Below are positions 9,660-18,048 of a stretch of DNA of 64,000 nucleotides, in pieces (position 1 is the first letter of the stretch; each line of letters opens with the position of its first letter). A model generated the notes under the pieces. It saw only the letters and a program-made list of their open reading frames with translations, was not told where the DNA came from and ran no database searches. This DNA comes from an uncultured Verrucomicrobiota bacterium (lineage in GTDB: Bacteria; Verrucomicrobiota; Verrucomicrobiia; CAZIPW01), in the NCBI GenBank assembly GCA_964541905.1, contig CAZIRU010000004.1, forward strand, positions 17,588 to 81,587, written 5' to 3'. A program made the translations under genes and the position numbers.

Positions 9660-9944
9660 TTATTCCTCGACTACCCGCGGCACCACAAACTGATTCGCGC
9701 GCTTTTGGGGCGCATTCATGAGAGCTTCTTCCGGCGTAAAGCCTGGTACGGCCTTGTCCTCCTGCCAAACATTTTCCAGCGGGAAGGCGTGGGAGGTCGG
9801 CTCGACCCCTTCGGTATCAATCGCGCTTAATTGCGAAAAATAATCGAGCATCCCGCCGAGCTGCCGGCCAAATTTTTCTTCCTCTTCGGCCGTCAGGTCG
9901 AGCCGTGCGAGGGTTTTGAGATGCTTGATGTCAATATCCGCCAT
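9660..9944 (-). CDS. gatC: Asp-tRNA(Asn)/Glu-tRNA(Gln) amidotransferase subunit C
   Basis: 94 aa with IKHLKTLARLDLTAEEEEKF...IDTEGVEPTSH, typical of GatC. Confidence 0.9.
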   Translation of the reverse strand: MADIDIKHLKTLARLDLTAEEEEKFGRQLGGMLDYFSQLSAIDTEGVEPTSHAFPLENVWQEDKAVPGFTPEEALMNAPQKRANQFVVPRVVEE

Positions 9945-9998
9945 GCGGGTATTTTTTCAGAAAAAGCACACGGAGTGCAAGAAAGAATCGCATACCCC

Positions 9999-10218
9999 AG
10001 GCTCTGCTAACAAATTCTGACAGGCGCGGCGCTGTCGTAACAGATTCAGCAGTAGTAAGATGCGCAGCGCTTCCGCTTAGCTGAAGTTGGGCGGTTTTGA
10101 GTTTTAACTTCGTTTCTCGGTCGAAGTCCGTGCCTCTAGCACGAGTTTTTCCCTCAAAGCCTTGTTAAAACTCAAACCTGCCTCAACCGCTCCTTGCCAT
10201 AATTTGTTAGCAGAGCCT
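9999..10218. repeat. long-hairpin element, copy 1 (same family as 54158-54389 and 58396-58566)
   Basis: The 18-nt arm AGGCTCTGCTAACAAATT (9999-10016) is the exact reverse complement of 10201-10218. An inner T-rich arm (10086-10108) pairs with an A-rich arm (10164-10187). The core carries CGTTTCTC (10111-10118) and the hairpin CGTGC-CTCTA-GCACG (10129-10143). The right arm overlaps the stop codon of the recO-like gene. Confidence 0.75.
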
Positions 10219-10801
10219 AGCGCGTCCCGAGTTCACGCGCGGCCCAGCTTTTGAGCGATTCCAAAAGAGAGGCCCCCGACATCTCGGGCGGCTCTTCTAC
10301 GGCCGCGCGCAAAAGCCCCTGAGCTTGTGAGCGCTGCGGAGCGCTCAGGATCTCAAGCCAGCCTTCCTTGACCGCGAAACCCTCGGCGGAGAGAATTTTG
10401 TAGAGGGCCTTGAAGGTGATAAGCTCGGCCGCGGCGGGATGTCGAGCGTAGTGGGCAAGCGCTTTTTGAAAGAGGTCGAAAACGCCGCCATAGTCGGGGA
10501 GCTCGCGAAAAGTCGTGCGGAGAAAATGCGCGAGCGCGCAAGCCTGGTTAAAAGCGCCGAGATTCTGCCCAAGGGCGCAAGGCCGCTCAAGCAGGTGTAC
10601 CTCGCGCGCAAAAAATGCCTTGCCCTTGGGCGTGGCGATAAGCTCAACGGAGTCGAAAAGCCCGTAGGGAAGGGCTACTTTGATGGGGAGCGTGAGCGCA
10701 AGAAAGCCCTCCGCGCGGGTGAAAAGCTCCCAGCTTGAGTAACGCTCGGCCTTGGGCGCGCAGAGCACGACGATGCCGGAGAGAACGCGCGAGGTGGGCA
10801 T
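10217..10801 (-). CDS. RecO-like DNA repair protein (tentative)
   Basis: The N-terminus SRVLSGIVVLCAPKAERYSSWELFTRAEG resembles the RecO OB-fold start. The position downstream of phoH-ybeY-ddl is reminiscent of ybeY-era-recO synteny. At 194 aa it is short for RecO. Confidence 0.35.
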   Translation of the reverse strand: MPTSRVLSGIVVLCAPKAERYSSWELFTRAEGFLALTLPIKVALPYGLFDSVELIATPKGKAFFAREVHLLERPCALGQNLGAFNQACALAHFLRTTFRELPDYGGVFDLFQKALAHYARHPAAAELITFKALYKILSAEGFAVKEGWLEILSAPQRSQAQGLLRAAVEEPPEMSGASLLESLKSWAARELGTR

Positions 10802-10841
10802 GAGAGGATTTTCGTCGAAACTACCTGTGAAGGCAAATCTC

Positions 10842-11768
10842 CTAACAAATCGCCAGCGCGTATTTCTCCACAAAGCGCGCGCGGGCGCCACGAAGCATCT
10901 CATTTACAAGGGTCGGGAAATCGCGGCCGGTGACCGAAGCCGACTTGGGAAGAAGGCTGGTGGCGGTGAGCCCTGGGAGCGTATTGATTTCGAGAAAAAC
11001 GGGAGTCCCATCATCGCGCAGGCGAAAGTCTACGCGGGCAAAGTCGCGGCAAGCGCTGGCCTTGAAAAAGGCGGCAGATTCCTCGCGGAGGCGTTTGGCA
11101 ATAGGCTCGGCAATCTTGGCGGGAAATTCGTATTGAGTCTCTCCCGTGGTGTATTTGCGTTGATAATCGTAAACGCCTCCCTGCGGGATGATTTCGACCA
11201 CTCCCAAGGCCTCGCCATTGAGGACGCCCACGGTCATTTCGCGGCCAAAGACAAAACGCTCGGCGAGAGTGGGCTGGCCATCGAACTTTTTGAGAGCGGC
11301 CTCAAGCGATTTTTCGTTTTCGACGATTTGAAGCCCGACCGAAGAGCCTTCGGCATTGGGCTTAAGGACGATCTTGGGGCCGAGGTTTTTCCAAAGGGCA
11401 TGTGCGGGCGGGGGTGTTTGAAAACAAACGCCCTCGGGAATTTCGATGCCGAGATTGCGCGCGAGCGTCAAGGAGCGTTGTTTGTCGAAACAAAGCTGCG
11501 AGCTTTGCGAGTCGGCTCCGGTATATACAAAGCCGCGATCTTCAAGGAGCGCCTGCAACGCGCCATCTTCGCCAAAAGTGCCGTGAGTGGTCAGGAAAAG
11601 GATGTCTTTTTGAGGATCGAGCGCAGAGGGCAGTTCGTAGCTATCGAGCGTCATAAGCGCGGCCTCGGTGTGTTCTCGCAGCGCTTCATAGACGGCCTTG
11701 GCTGAGCGCAGCGAGACTTCGCGTTCCGAGGAAGTTCCCCCTCCCAAAATGACGACTCTTCCCTTCAT
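10842..11768 (-). CDS. ddl: D-alanine--D-alanine ligase
   Basis: GGTSSEREVSLRS, TTHGTFGEDGALQALLE, an ATP-grasp region, and the C-terminus EINTLPGLTATSLLPKSA. I chose the start (MKGRVVILGGG) directly after the ybeY stop. Confidence 0.9.
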   Translation of the reverse strand: MKGRVVILGGGTSSEREVSLRSAKAVYEALREHTEAALMTLDSYELPSALDPQKDILFLTTHGTFGEDGALQALLEDRGFVYTGADSQSSQLCFDKQRSLTLARNLGIEIPEGVCFQTPPPAHALWKNLGPKIVLKPNAEGSSVGLQIVENEKSLEAALKKFDGQPTLAERFVFGREMTVGVLNGEALGVVEIIPQGGVYDYQRKYTTGETQYEFPAKIAEPIAKRLREESAAFFKASACRDFARVDFRLRDDGTPVFLEINTLPGLTATSLLPKSASVTGRDFPTLVNEMLRGARARFVEKYALAIC

Positions 11769-12238
11769 GGTTTGAAATGGAAGATGTTTTTGAGGTCTTT
11801 GGCAAGACTTAAGCACACGGCCTCCTCGCGGCGCATTTGGCGGCGGTCTTTTGGCGTAAGATCATCAAAACCAATAAGATGGAGATAGCCGTGGGCGATA
11901 TATCTCCTAATTTCGAGCTCCACTTTGCTGCCCCTTTTTTTTACATAATCAAGTGCGGCTTGGGGGCTTAGACAAAGCTCGCCAAATTCTAGCGCTTTTG
12001 CGTCATTTGCGGGGCTGGCTGGGAAGGTAATAACATCGGTTGGGGTCGGGTCGGCGCAAAATTCGGCGTGAAGGGCGGCGAGGTGGTCATGCGTAAGGAA
12101 GGCGAGCGAAAGCGTGCCGCGATTGGCGGGAGTGTAGTGGGCGTCGAGGGCGGCAATGAAAGCTCGAAGCGCGCGACGGTCAATTTTTAGCGAACGCAAT
12201 TCGGAGAAGATTTCGATGGAGCGCGGCGGCGGTTTCAT
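11765..12238 (-). CDS. ybeY: rRNA maturation endoribonuclease YbeY
   Basis: Zinc-binding motif HGYLHLIGFDD near the C-terminus. 157 aa. Confidence 0.85.
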   Translation of the reverse strand: MKPPPRSIEIFSELRSLKIDRRALRAFIAALDAHYTPANRGTLSLAFLTHDHLAALHAEFCADPTPTDVITFPASPANDAKALEFGELCLSPQAALDYVKKRGSKVELEIRRYIAHGYLHLIGFDDLTPKDRRQMRREEAVCLSLAKDLKNIFHFKP

Positions 12239-12243
12239 GGCTA

Positions 12244-13236
12244 CTAGCGCAGCGCTCGGGCTTCTTTGAAGCGCTCGTAAGCATCGATGATGCGTTGGAC
12301 GAGCGGATGGCGGACGACATCGTGGCCAAGAAATTCAAAGACGGCGACGCCTTGGGTTTTTGAGAGGACTTCGACCGATTGTTTGAGGCCGGAAATTTTG
12401 CTGCGAGGCAGGTCGATTTGGGTGATGTCTCCGGTGATGACCATTTTGGAGCCTTCACCGAGGCGCGTCAGAAACATCATCATTTGTTCGGGGGTGGTGT
12501 TTTGGGCTTCGTCGAGAACGATAAAGGCGCCGGTGAGTGTTCGCCCTCGCATGTAGGCTAGGGGGGCTATTTCGATAATGCCTTTTTCGACCATTTTTTC
12601 GACGTGGTCTTTGCCGACCATTTCGTCCATGGCGTCGTAGAGCGGGCGCAAGTAGGGGAGAATTTTTTCTTCAAGGTCGCCTGGGAGAAAACCGAGTGCC
12701 TCGCCCGCTTCTACGGCGGGGCGGGTCAAAATGATTTTGCGGACGGAATTTTGCGCGAGGGCTTCGAGCGCGAGCGCAACCGCCAGATAGGTTTTGCCGG
12801 TGCCGGCCGGCCCAATGCCAAAAGTGATTTCGTGGGAGCGAATAGCGGTAATATAGCGCTTTTGGTTGAGCGTTTTGGCCACATAGGTGCCATTTTTGAG
12901 CTGGATAATTGCCGGTTGGCGGAAAAGTTCTTCGAGAGCTTTCCAGTCATTCTGGCGCATATATTCCAGAAGATGCTCAAGGTCGAGAGCTTTGTAGGTC
13001 ATGCCCTGAGATTTGCCAAGCTTCAAGATCTCGAAAAACTTTTCTGCTGTGGCAACGTCTTCGGCTTTGCCGTCAAGCGTCAGTTGACAGTCGCGCGCCA
13101 CCAGAGAGACGCGCAAGCCCGTTTCGAGTGTTTTGAGATTGCCTTCGGCTCCAAAAAGAGAGACGAGGAAACGTCCGTTTTCAAAGTGCAATTGTTTTTG
13201 CATCGGCGCTATGATTTGAAGACAATCACGCGCCAA
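12244..13236 (-). CDS. phoH: PhoH-like ATPase
   Basis: Walker A motif GPAGTGKTYLAVA, then ILTRPAVEAGE.LGFLPGD and VLDEAQNTT. The start may instead be the Met at 13203. Confidence 0.85.
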   Translation of the reverse strand: MARDCLQIIAPMQKQLHFENGRFLVSLFGAEGNLKTLETGLRVSLVARDCQLTLDGKAEDVATAEKFFEILKLGKSQGMTYKALDLEHLLEYMRQNDWKALEELFRQPAIIQLKNGTYVAKTLNQKRYITAIRSHEITFGIGPAGTGKTYLAVALALEALAQNSVRKIILTRPAVEAGEALGFLPGDLEEKILPYLRPLYDAMDEMVGKDHVEKMVEKGIIEIAPLAYMRGRTLTGAFIVLDEAQNTTPEQMMMFLTRLGEGSKMVITGDITQIDLPRSKISGLKQSVEVLSKTQGVAVFEFLGHDVVRHPLVQRIIDAYERFKEARALR

Positions 13237-13245
13237 ATCGCAAAA

Positions 13246-14592
13246 CTATTTTTCGAGCTGCACAATTTCTTTGCGACGACGGATTTTTACACCCAGGAGG
13301 CCCAGCAGTGCTACGCCCAAGCCGATCGTGGCCGGTTCGGGAACAGGAACGACTTCGCCTGAACTCAGGAGCGTGGCGCCGTAGGTGCCAGCCGCGAGGC
13401 CTTCAGGATTGAAAAATTGGACTTGGCTGAGCTGTTGGGTGGTCAGGCCATTGGCGCCGACGAGGAGTTGCTCGTAGCTGCCTCCCGAACGAGAGCCATT
13501 CCAGCCTTTAATGGTCAAAGTAGCCGAAGAATCCCAGGCGACTCCTGAGGAATTCGAAAAGCTCAGGATGCTCGAGCCACTAGAAAGATCGATCGTAGAA
13601 TCTGCATTGAGCGTGAGGACTCCAAACTTTTGGTCATAACCGCGGGTCTTGAGCGAGCCGCCGGAGAGCGTTAAGGCGCTTAGGTTGGCCAAGGTCTGGT
13701 CGCGACCGAGCTGGAGTGTGCCGCCCGAGAGAATCGTCTCGCCAGTATAGGAATTGATGCCGGAAAGGGTGAGGGAGCTTGTGCCATTGATTGTAAGACC
13801 GCCCGTACCACTAATGGAGCCGCCAAAAGAAGTGGAGGCGTTGCCAGAAATGGTCAGGCGTCCGGAGCCCAAGTAAACATTACCAACGCCTGAGAGCGAG
13901 CGAATAGTCTCCTGGTTGTCGTTGAGATTGAACATGCCGTAGTAGTTGCCAATGTCCATATCGGAACTGTCCACAATCTGGTTGCTTGTATTGAGCGTTA
14001 GAGTTGCATCGCCAATTTCGATGTCGCCGGCGATTGCTGTGACGCCTGCGGTTTTGCCAAGGACAACCGTTCCGTCATCAATAACAAAATCTCCCGTGTT
14101 GGTGTTGGCGGTCGTGCCATTAAGAGTCAAGATGCCATTGCCATCCTTAATGAAACGTACGCTATGGCCATCTCGACCACTGATGGAACCGGAGGCAAAA
14201 AGATTACCATCGGTTATATCCCAGGTTTGCGAAGTGGGGGAGGCTAAAATGATGTTGTTGAGGATGGTTTGGGTATTGGGGCTATCGCTCACAATGCCTC
14301 CGTTGCGGATGAAAATATCCTGACCGGAAAGGACGAAGCTGCCTGCATTGGAGGCGAAATTGAGCCCGTAAAGGTATTGTGTTGTGTTGACGTTGCTGTT
14401 GAGGCCATTGGTTCCGGCCATGACAGCGGTGGTCGTGTAATTGGTAGCCGGACGCGCGCCGCCCTGCCAATTGGCGGTATCTGACCAATTGCTCGTGGAG
14501 CTACTGTTTCCTGTCCATATGGATGAGGCGGCCTCTGCCGAGGTCAAACCGAGAATTGCGAGAAAGAAAGCTGCCTTTAGCGCGTTTTTCAT
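13246..14592 (-). CDS. PEP-CTERM-anchored protein with autotransporter-associated beta-strand repeats
   Basis: Signal peptide. Repeated G(T/S)LTL.G.N.YTG.T...GGTL units follow. The C-terminus VPVPEPATIGLGVALLGLLGVKIRRRK is a PEP-CTERM sorting signal. Confidence 0.8.
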   Translation of the reverse strand: MKNALKAAFFLAILGLTSAEAASSIWTGNSSSTSNWSDTANWQGGARPATNYTTTAVMAGTNGLNSNVNTTQYLYGLNFASNAGSFVLSGQDIFIRNGGIVSDSPNTQTILNNIILASPTSQTWDITDGNLFASGSISGRDGHSVRFIKDGNGILTLNGTTANTNTGDFVIDDGTVVLGKTAGVTAIAGDIEIGDATLTLNTSNQIVDSSDMDIGNYYGMFNLNDNQETIRSLSGVGNVYLGSGRLTISGNASTSFGGSISGTGGLTINGTSSLTLSGINSYTGETILSGGTLQLGRDQTLANLSALTLSGGSLKTRGYDQKFGVLTLNADSTIDLSSGSSILSFSNSSGVAWDSSATLTIKGWNGSRSGGSYEQLLVGANGLTTQQLSQVQFFNPEGLAAGTYGATLLSSGEVVPVPEPATIGLGVALLGLLGVKIRRRKEIVQLEK

Positions 14593-14750
14593 TGAACTAT
14601 AATGCCATATTTCGAGTAAAAAATCAAGCTTTTAGTTAATAAATTGTAAAAGAGGGGAGCTGGGACTTCAAACGCAATTGAAGATTAGCAAGTTACGACG
14701 AAAAACAGTGTAAAAACGAACAGCTGCTGCCCTATAATAAGGAGCTATTG

Positions 14751-15857
14751 CTATGTTGTTGGGCCTGTTTTGCGGATAATGTGCCGCGCGTAGGTGTTTT
14801 GCAGGGTGCGCGGCATGAGTTCCAGAGAGACGATTTTGTCAGCCGCCCCCAGCTCAACACAGGCCTTGGGCATTCCATAGACTACGCACGAGGCTTCATC
14901 TTGGGCGTAGGTGGAGGCCCCCCCTTTTTTGAGCTTTAGAAGCCCCTCAGCTCCATCGCGGCCCATGCCAGTGAGAACCGCAGCTGTGGCAAAAGGTGCG
15001 GCATTGCAGGCGATGGCGGACTCGAAAAGAACATCTACTGCCGGGCGCTGGTGCCAGACCATGGGAGTTTTTTTGAGCGAGACGCGGTAAGCGTTACCCG
15101 TCCAATGCAAAACCATGTGGAAATCGCCTGGAGCTACAAGCGCCAAGCCCGCGCGCCCGATGTCGCCTTCTTGTGCTTCACGGACTTCAAAGGGGCAAAG
15201 TTGATTGAGGCGATCGGCAAACGCCTTGCTGAAGTGGGGCGGAATATGTTGGACGATGAAAGTGGGCGGAATTTCGGCGGGAAGCCGCGTGAGCAAATCG
15301 CGTAGGGCTTCGGTGCCGCCCGTGGAAGCTCCCAATAGCAGGGTCGCGTGATTATCGAAAGCGCAGATGAGGGGCTTTTTTTCGACGGTTTTGATGAGCG
15401 TCGGATGGCGCGGCGCGTTGGCGGGTGCGGCGGGGGCTTGCGTGAAGCTGCGCCTGGGAAGCCTTTTGGCAATAGCGGCGGCCTTGATTTTTTCGATCAG
15501 TTGGGGGCCCACGTCTCCAATCGTAAAAGCACTGCCAGGCTTGGCCATCACATCGACCGCTCCGATGCGCAGCGCCTCGAGGGCAATCGCTGAGCCTGCT
15601 TGAGTGAGGGAGCTGATGATAATAACCGGCATCGGATGCTGCTCCATCAGGATTTTGAGAAAGGTGATGCCGTCCATGCGCGGCATTTCGATGTCCAGCG
15701 TCAAAACGTCGGGCTTGAGCTCCACGATTTTGTCGCGTGCAACATAGGGATCTTGAGCAGTGCCAACTACCTCGATTTCATCGTCTTGCGAAAGCATCCG
15801 AGAGACCAATTGCCTGACCGTGGCGGAGTCGTCAACGACTAGAACTTTGATGGGCAT
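14751..15857 (-). CDS. cheB: chemotaxis response regulator protein-glutamate methylesterase
   Basis: Receiver N-terminus (KVLVVDDSATVRQ...DIEMPRMDG) plus a methylesterase domain (GASTGGTEAL, HIPPHF, GMGRDGA). Confidence 0.9.
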   Translation of the reverse strand: MPIKVLVVDDSATVRQLVSRMLSQDDEIEVVGTAQDPYVARDKIVELKPDVLTLDIEMPRMDGITFLKILMEQHPMPVIIISSLTQAGSAIALEALRIGAVDVMAKPGSAFTIGDVGPQLIEKIKAAAIAKRLPRRSFTQAPAAPANAPRHPTLIKTVEKKPLICAFDNHATLLLGASTGGTEALRDLLTRLPAEIPPTFIVQHIPPHFSKAFADRLNQLCPFEVREAQEGDIGRAGLALVAPGDFHMVLHWTGNAYRVSLKKTPMVWHQRPAVDVLFESAIACNAAPFATAAVLTGMGRDGAEGLLKLKKGGASTYAQDEASCVVYGMPKACVELGAADKIVSLELMPRTLQNTYARHIIRKTGPTT

Positions 15858-15860
15858 GTG

Positions 15861-16724
15861 TTACTCCGGTTTTTGGTAGATGGCGGGTTTGATGGTTTTG
15901 TAGCGGTGGTTAGTGCCTGTCAGACTTTCCGCATGCCCGATAAAAAGGTAGCCTCCCGCGCGAATAAGAGGGAAGAATTTTTCCACAAGCTCGGCTTGCG
16001 TGGGTTTATCGAAGTAAATCATGACGTTGCGGCAGAAGATAACATCGTAGGGCTCTTTGAAAGGATAGCGTCCGCCAAGCAGGTTGAGGCGCTGGAAGGT
16101 CATGTGCCGTTTGATTTCGTCGCGGACGCGGTAGTGTCCTTCCCATTGACCATAACCCGCCTGAAAGTATTTTTCGACCATTGCTGCGGGGACCTGTTCG
16201 AGCCGTTCTGACGGGAAAATGCCTTCAGCGGCCTTTTTTAGCACCTTGGTCGAAATGTCGGTGCAATCGATGTTCCATTGGGCTGAAGTGTTGTGAATGC
16301 CGTAATATTCGGCCAGCAAAAGCGCGATGGAGTAGGGCTCTTCGCCCGAGGAGCACGCTGCCGACCAAATGTTGATTTTGGGATTGGGTTTTTCGCGCGG
16401 GGCAAATTTGGGTAGAACAATGTCGCGAAGATAGTCAAAGTGGCCCTTTTCGCGGAAGAAGAAGGTGTGGTTGGTAGAGATGGCGTCAATAAGATCGCCA
16501 AGCTCTTCCTGCCCCTTGGGCGTTTTGACCATTTTGCAGTAGTCGCCGTAGCTCTTCAGCCCCAGCTTCCGCAGGCGCTTGCTTAGCCGCGCCATGACCA
16601 GTTCGCGCTTGTTGTCGCCGAGCTTGATGCGGCTTTGTTCATACACCAAATCGCAAATAAATTTGTACTCGGAGTCGGTAATCGGCGCGGGAGAGAAAAA
16701 GTCGTTGGAAGCTCCAAAGGCCAT
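15861..16724 (-). CDS. cheR: chemotaxis protein methyltransferase
   Basis: NHTFFFRE, IWSAACSSGEEPYSIA and FCRNVMIYFD are the CheR SAM-methyltransferase motifs. Confidence 0.9.
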   Translation of the reverse strand: MAFGASNDFFSPAPITDSEYKFICDLVYEQSRIKLGDNKRELVMARLSKRLRKLGLKSYGDYCKMVKTPKGQEELGDLIDAISTNHTFFFREKGHFDYLRDIVLPKFAPREKPNPKINIWSAACSSGEEPYSIALLLAEYYGIHNTSAQWNIDCTDISTKVLKKAAEGIFPSERLEQVPAAMVEKYFQAGYGQWEGHYRVRDEIKRHMTFQRLNLLGGRYPFKEPYDVIFCRNVMIYFDKPTQAELVEKFFPLIRAGGYLFIGHAESLTGTNHRYKTIKPAIYQKPE

Positions 16725-16827
16725 ACAGGATGCTTTACGGAATTTTTTACAAATCCTTGAGGATAGGGGCGAGGCGAGGCCCTTGCCTGTTGAAAATATA
16801 ATAAGGCGTATCTTGTCTTATTATAAG

Positions 16828-16843
16828 TGGCACGAAGGGTGCT
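16828..16843 (+). promoter_or_regulatory. sigma-54 (-24/-12) promoter match upstream of flgB
   Basis: TGGCACGAAGGGTGCT matches TGGCACG-N4-TTGCW with exact GG-N10-GC spacing. It lies in the cheR/flgB divergent intergenic region. An 8-bp inverted repeat ATAATAAG/CTTATTAT (16798-16824) lies just upstream. The C of GC is 17 nt from the flgB ATG. Confidence 0.6.
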
Positions 16844-16858
16844 ACCGGAGGGAGACAC

Positions 16859-17248
16859 ATGGTAGAGTCGATCCTCAGTTCTCAGTCGTATGTGATGGCC
16901 AAGAAGCTCTTGGACGCAAGCGCTTTGCGTCAAGAGGCGCTCGCTAGCAATGTTGCCAATGCCGAGACCCCCGGATATAAGCGGGTGGATTTGGCGCCGG
17001 ATTTCGATGCGCAGCTGCGCGCAGCCGCAAAAGACTCGAATGTGGGCGCTCTCCGCGCCCTCGAGCCGACTTTGACTTTTGATAAAACGGCAGCTTCGGT
17101 GCGCCCTGATGGCAACAACGTCTCGCTAGACAAGGAGCTTATGCAAATCAATCGAAATACGGTTGAGTATCAATTTTTGACGCAGTATCTCTCCTCGAGC
17201 CTGCAAAAACTTCAGAGTGCTATCAGGTCACAAACTTCTGGTAACTAA
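16859..17248 (+). CDS. flgB: flagellar basal-body rod protein FlgB
   Basis: SNVANAETPGYKR motif near the N-terminus. 129 aa, first gene of the cluster. Confidence 0.85.
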   Translation: MVESILSSQSYVMAKKLLDASALRQEALASNVANAETPGYKRVDLAPDFDAQLRAAAKDSNVGALRALEPTLTFDKTAASVRPDGNNVSLDKELMQINRNTVEYQFLTQYLSSSLQKLQSAIRSQTSGN

Positions 17249-17253
17249 TTTTT

Positions 17254-17688
17254 ATGAACGTTATTCCTTCTCTTGAAATCACTGGTTCCGCGCTTAATGC
17301 AGAGCGCGTCCGATTGGATGTCATTAGCAGCAATATCGCCAATGCCCAGACGACTCGAGATGTGGATGGAAAGCCTTATCAGCGCAAAGTGGTGAGCTTT
17401 GAGGCGGCGATGATGACTGCCGAAAAAGGTAATCCCATGGAATCTTCAAAGGGGGTTCGCGGCGTGCGCGTTTCGGGTATCACGCAAGATACGCGCCCTG
17501 GCGAAAAGATTTTCAATCCCGCTCACCCGGATGCCGACGCAGATGGAATGGTAACGCTTCCCAATGTCAAAACAGCCGAGGAAATGATCGATTTGATTAC
17601 CTCCTCGCGGGCCTATGAAGCCAACTTGACGGTTGCAAAAAACAGCAAGGCGATGGCGGATGCGGCGCTAAGAATGGGGAGACAATAG
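17254..17688 (+). CDS. flgC: flagellar basal-body rod protein FlgC
   Basis: SNIANAQTTR at the N-terminus and SSRAYEANLTV at the C-terminus. Confidence 0.9.
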   Translation: MNVIPSLEITGSALNAERVRLDVISSNIANAQTTRDVDGKPYQRKVVSFEAAMMTAEKGNPMESSKGVRGVRVSGITQDTRPGEKIFNPAHPDADADGMVTLPNVKTAEEMIDLITSSRAYEANLTVAKNSKAMADAALRMGRQ

Positions 17689-17695
17689 ATAATTT

Positions 17696-18037
17696 ATGAT
17701 AGATGCAATTAGTACAGTTTCTTCGGCCGACTTGCTGGACACCGTGCGCAAGATTACGCAGGATGCGCAGACGATGGTTGCGCGCGGGACCGGAAGCGTG
17801 ACGCAGGTAGAGAATAATGTCGGCTTTGACGATATGCTCTCCAATCTTGTGCAGTCCGTGGATGGCAAGCAGAAGGCGGCGGATACAAGCGTTCAGGCGG
17901 TTTTGACGGGCAAAACCAACAATATCCATCAAGCGATGCTGAGCATGCAGGAAGCTGGAGTGGCTTTTACGATGATGTCGGAGGTGCGCAACAAACTAGT
18001 TTCGGCCTTCCAGGAGCTTATCAAGATGCAGGTGTAA
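17696..18037 (+). CDS. fliE: flagellar hook-basal body complex protein FliE
   Basis: 113 aa. The C-terminus LSMQEAGVAFTMMSEVRNKLVSAFQELIKMQV is typical of FliE. Confidence 0.85.
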   Translation: MIDAISTVSSADLLDTVRKITQDAQTMVARGTGSVTQVENNVGFDDMLSNLVQSVDGKQKAADTSVQAVLTGKTNNIHQAMLSMQEAGVAFTMMSEVRNKLVSAFQELIKMQV

Positions 18038-18048
18038 TTTAATTTTTT

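Noticed and set aside
9999-10218. Copy 1 of the hairpin family as 6S RNA (ssrS), because of its long closing stem and size.
   Set aside because: Two further homologous copies exist within 50 kb, whereas 6S RNA is normally single copy. I also see no large central bubble flanked by two long irregular helices. RNase P, tmRNA and SRP signatures are absent too.
9999-10218. The hairpin elements as integron attC sites, since attC sites also conserve structure but not sequence and sit next to stop codons.
   Set aside because: They are longer than the attC sites I know of (up to about 141 bp). They have a conserved internal core. Their ends do not fit RYYYAAC/GTTRRRY (copy 1 only approximates it, copies 2 and 3 do not). 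No integron integrase or cassette array is present.
14593-14607. TGGCAT on the minus strand immediately upstream of the PEP-CTERM protein gene, as a sigma-54 promoter.
   Set aside because: Read on the minus strand it is TGGCATTATAGTTCA. The -12 position carries CA instead of the essential GC.
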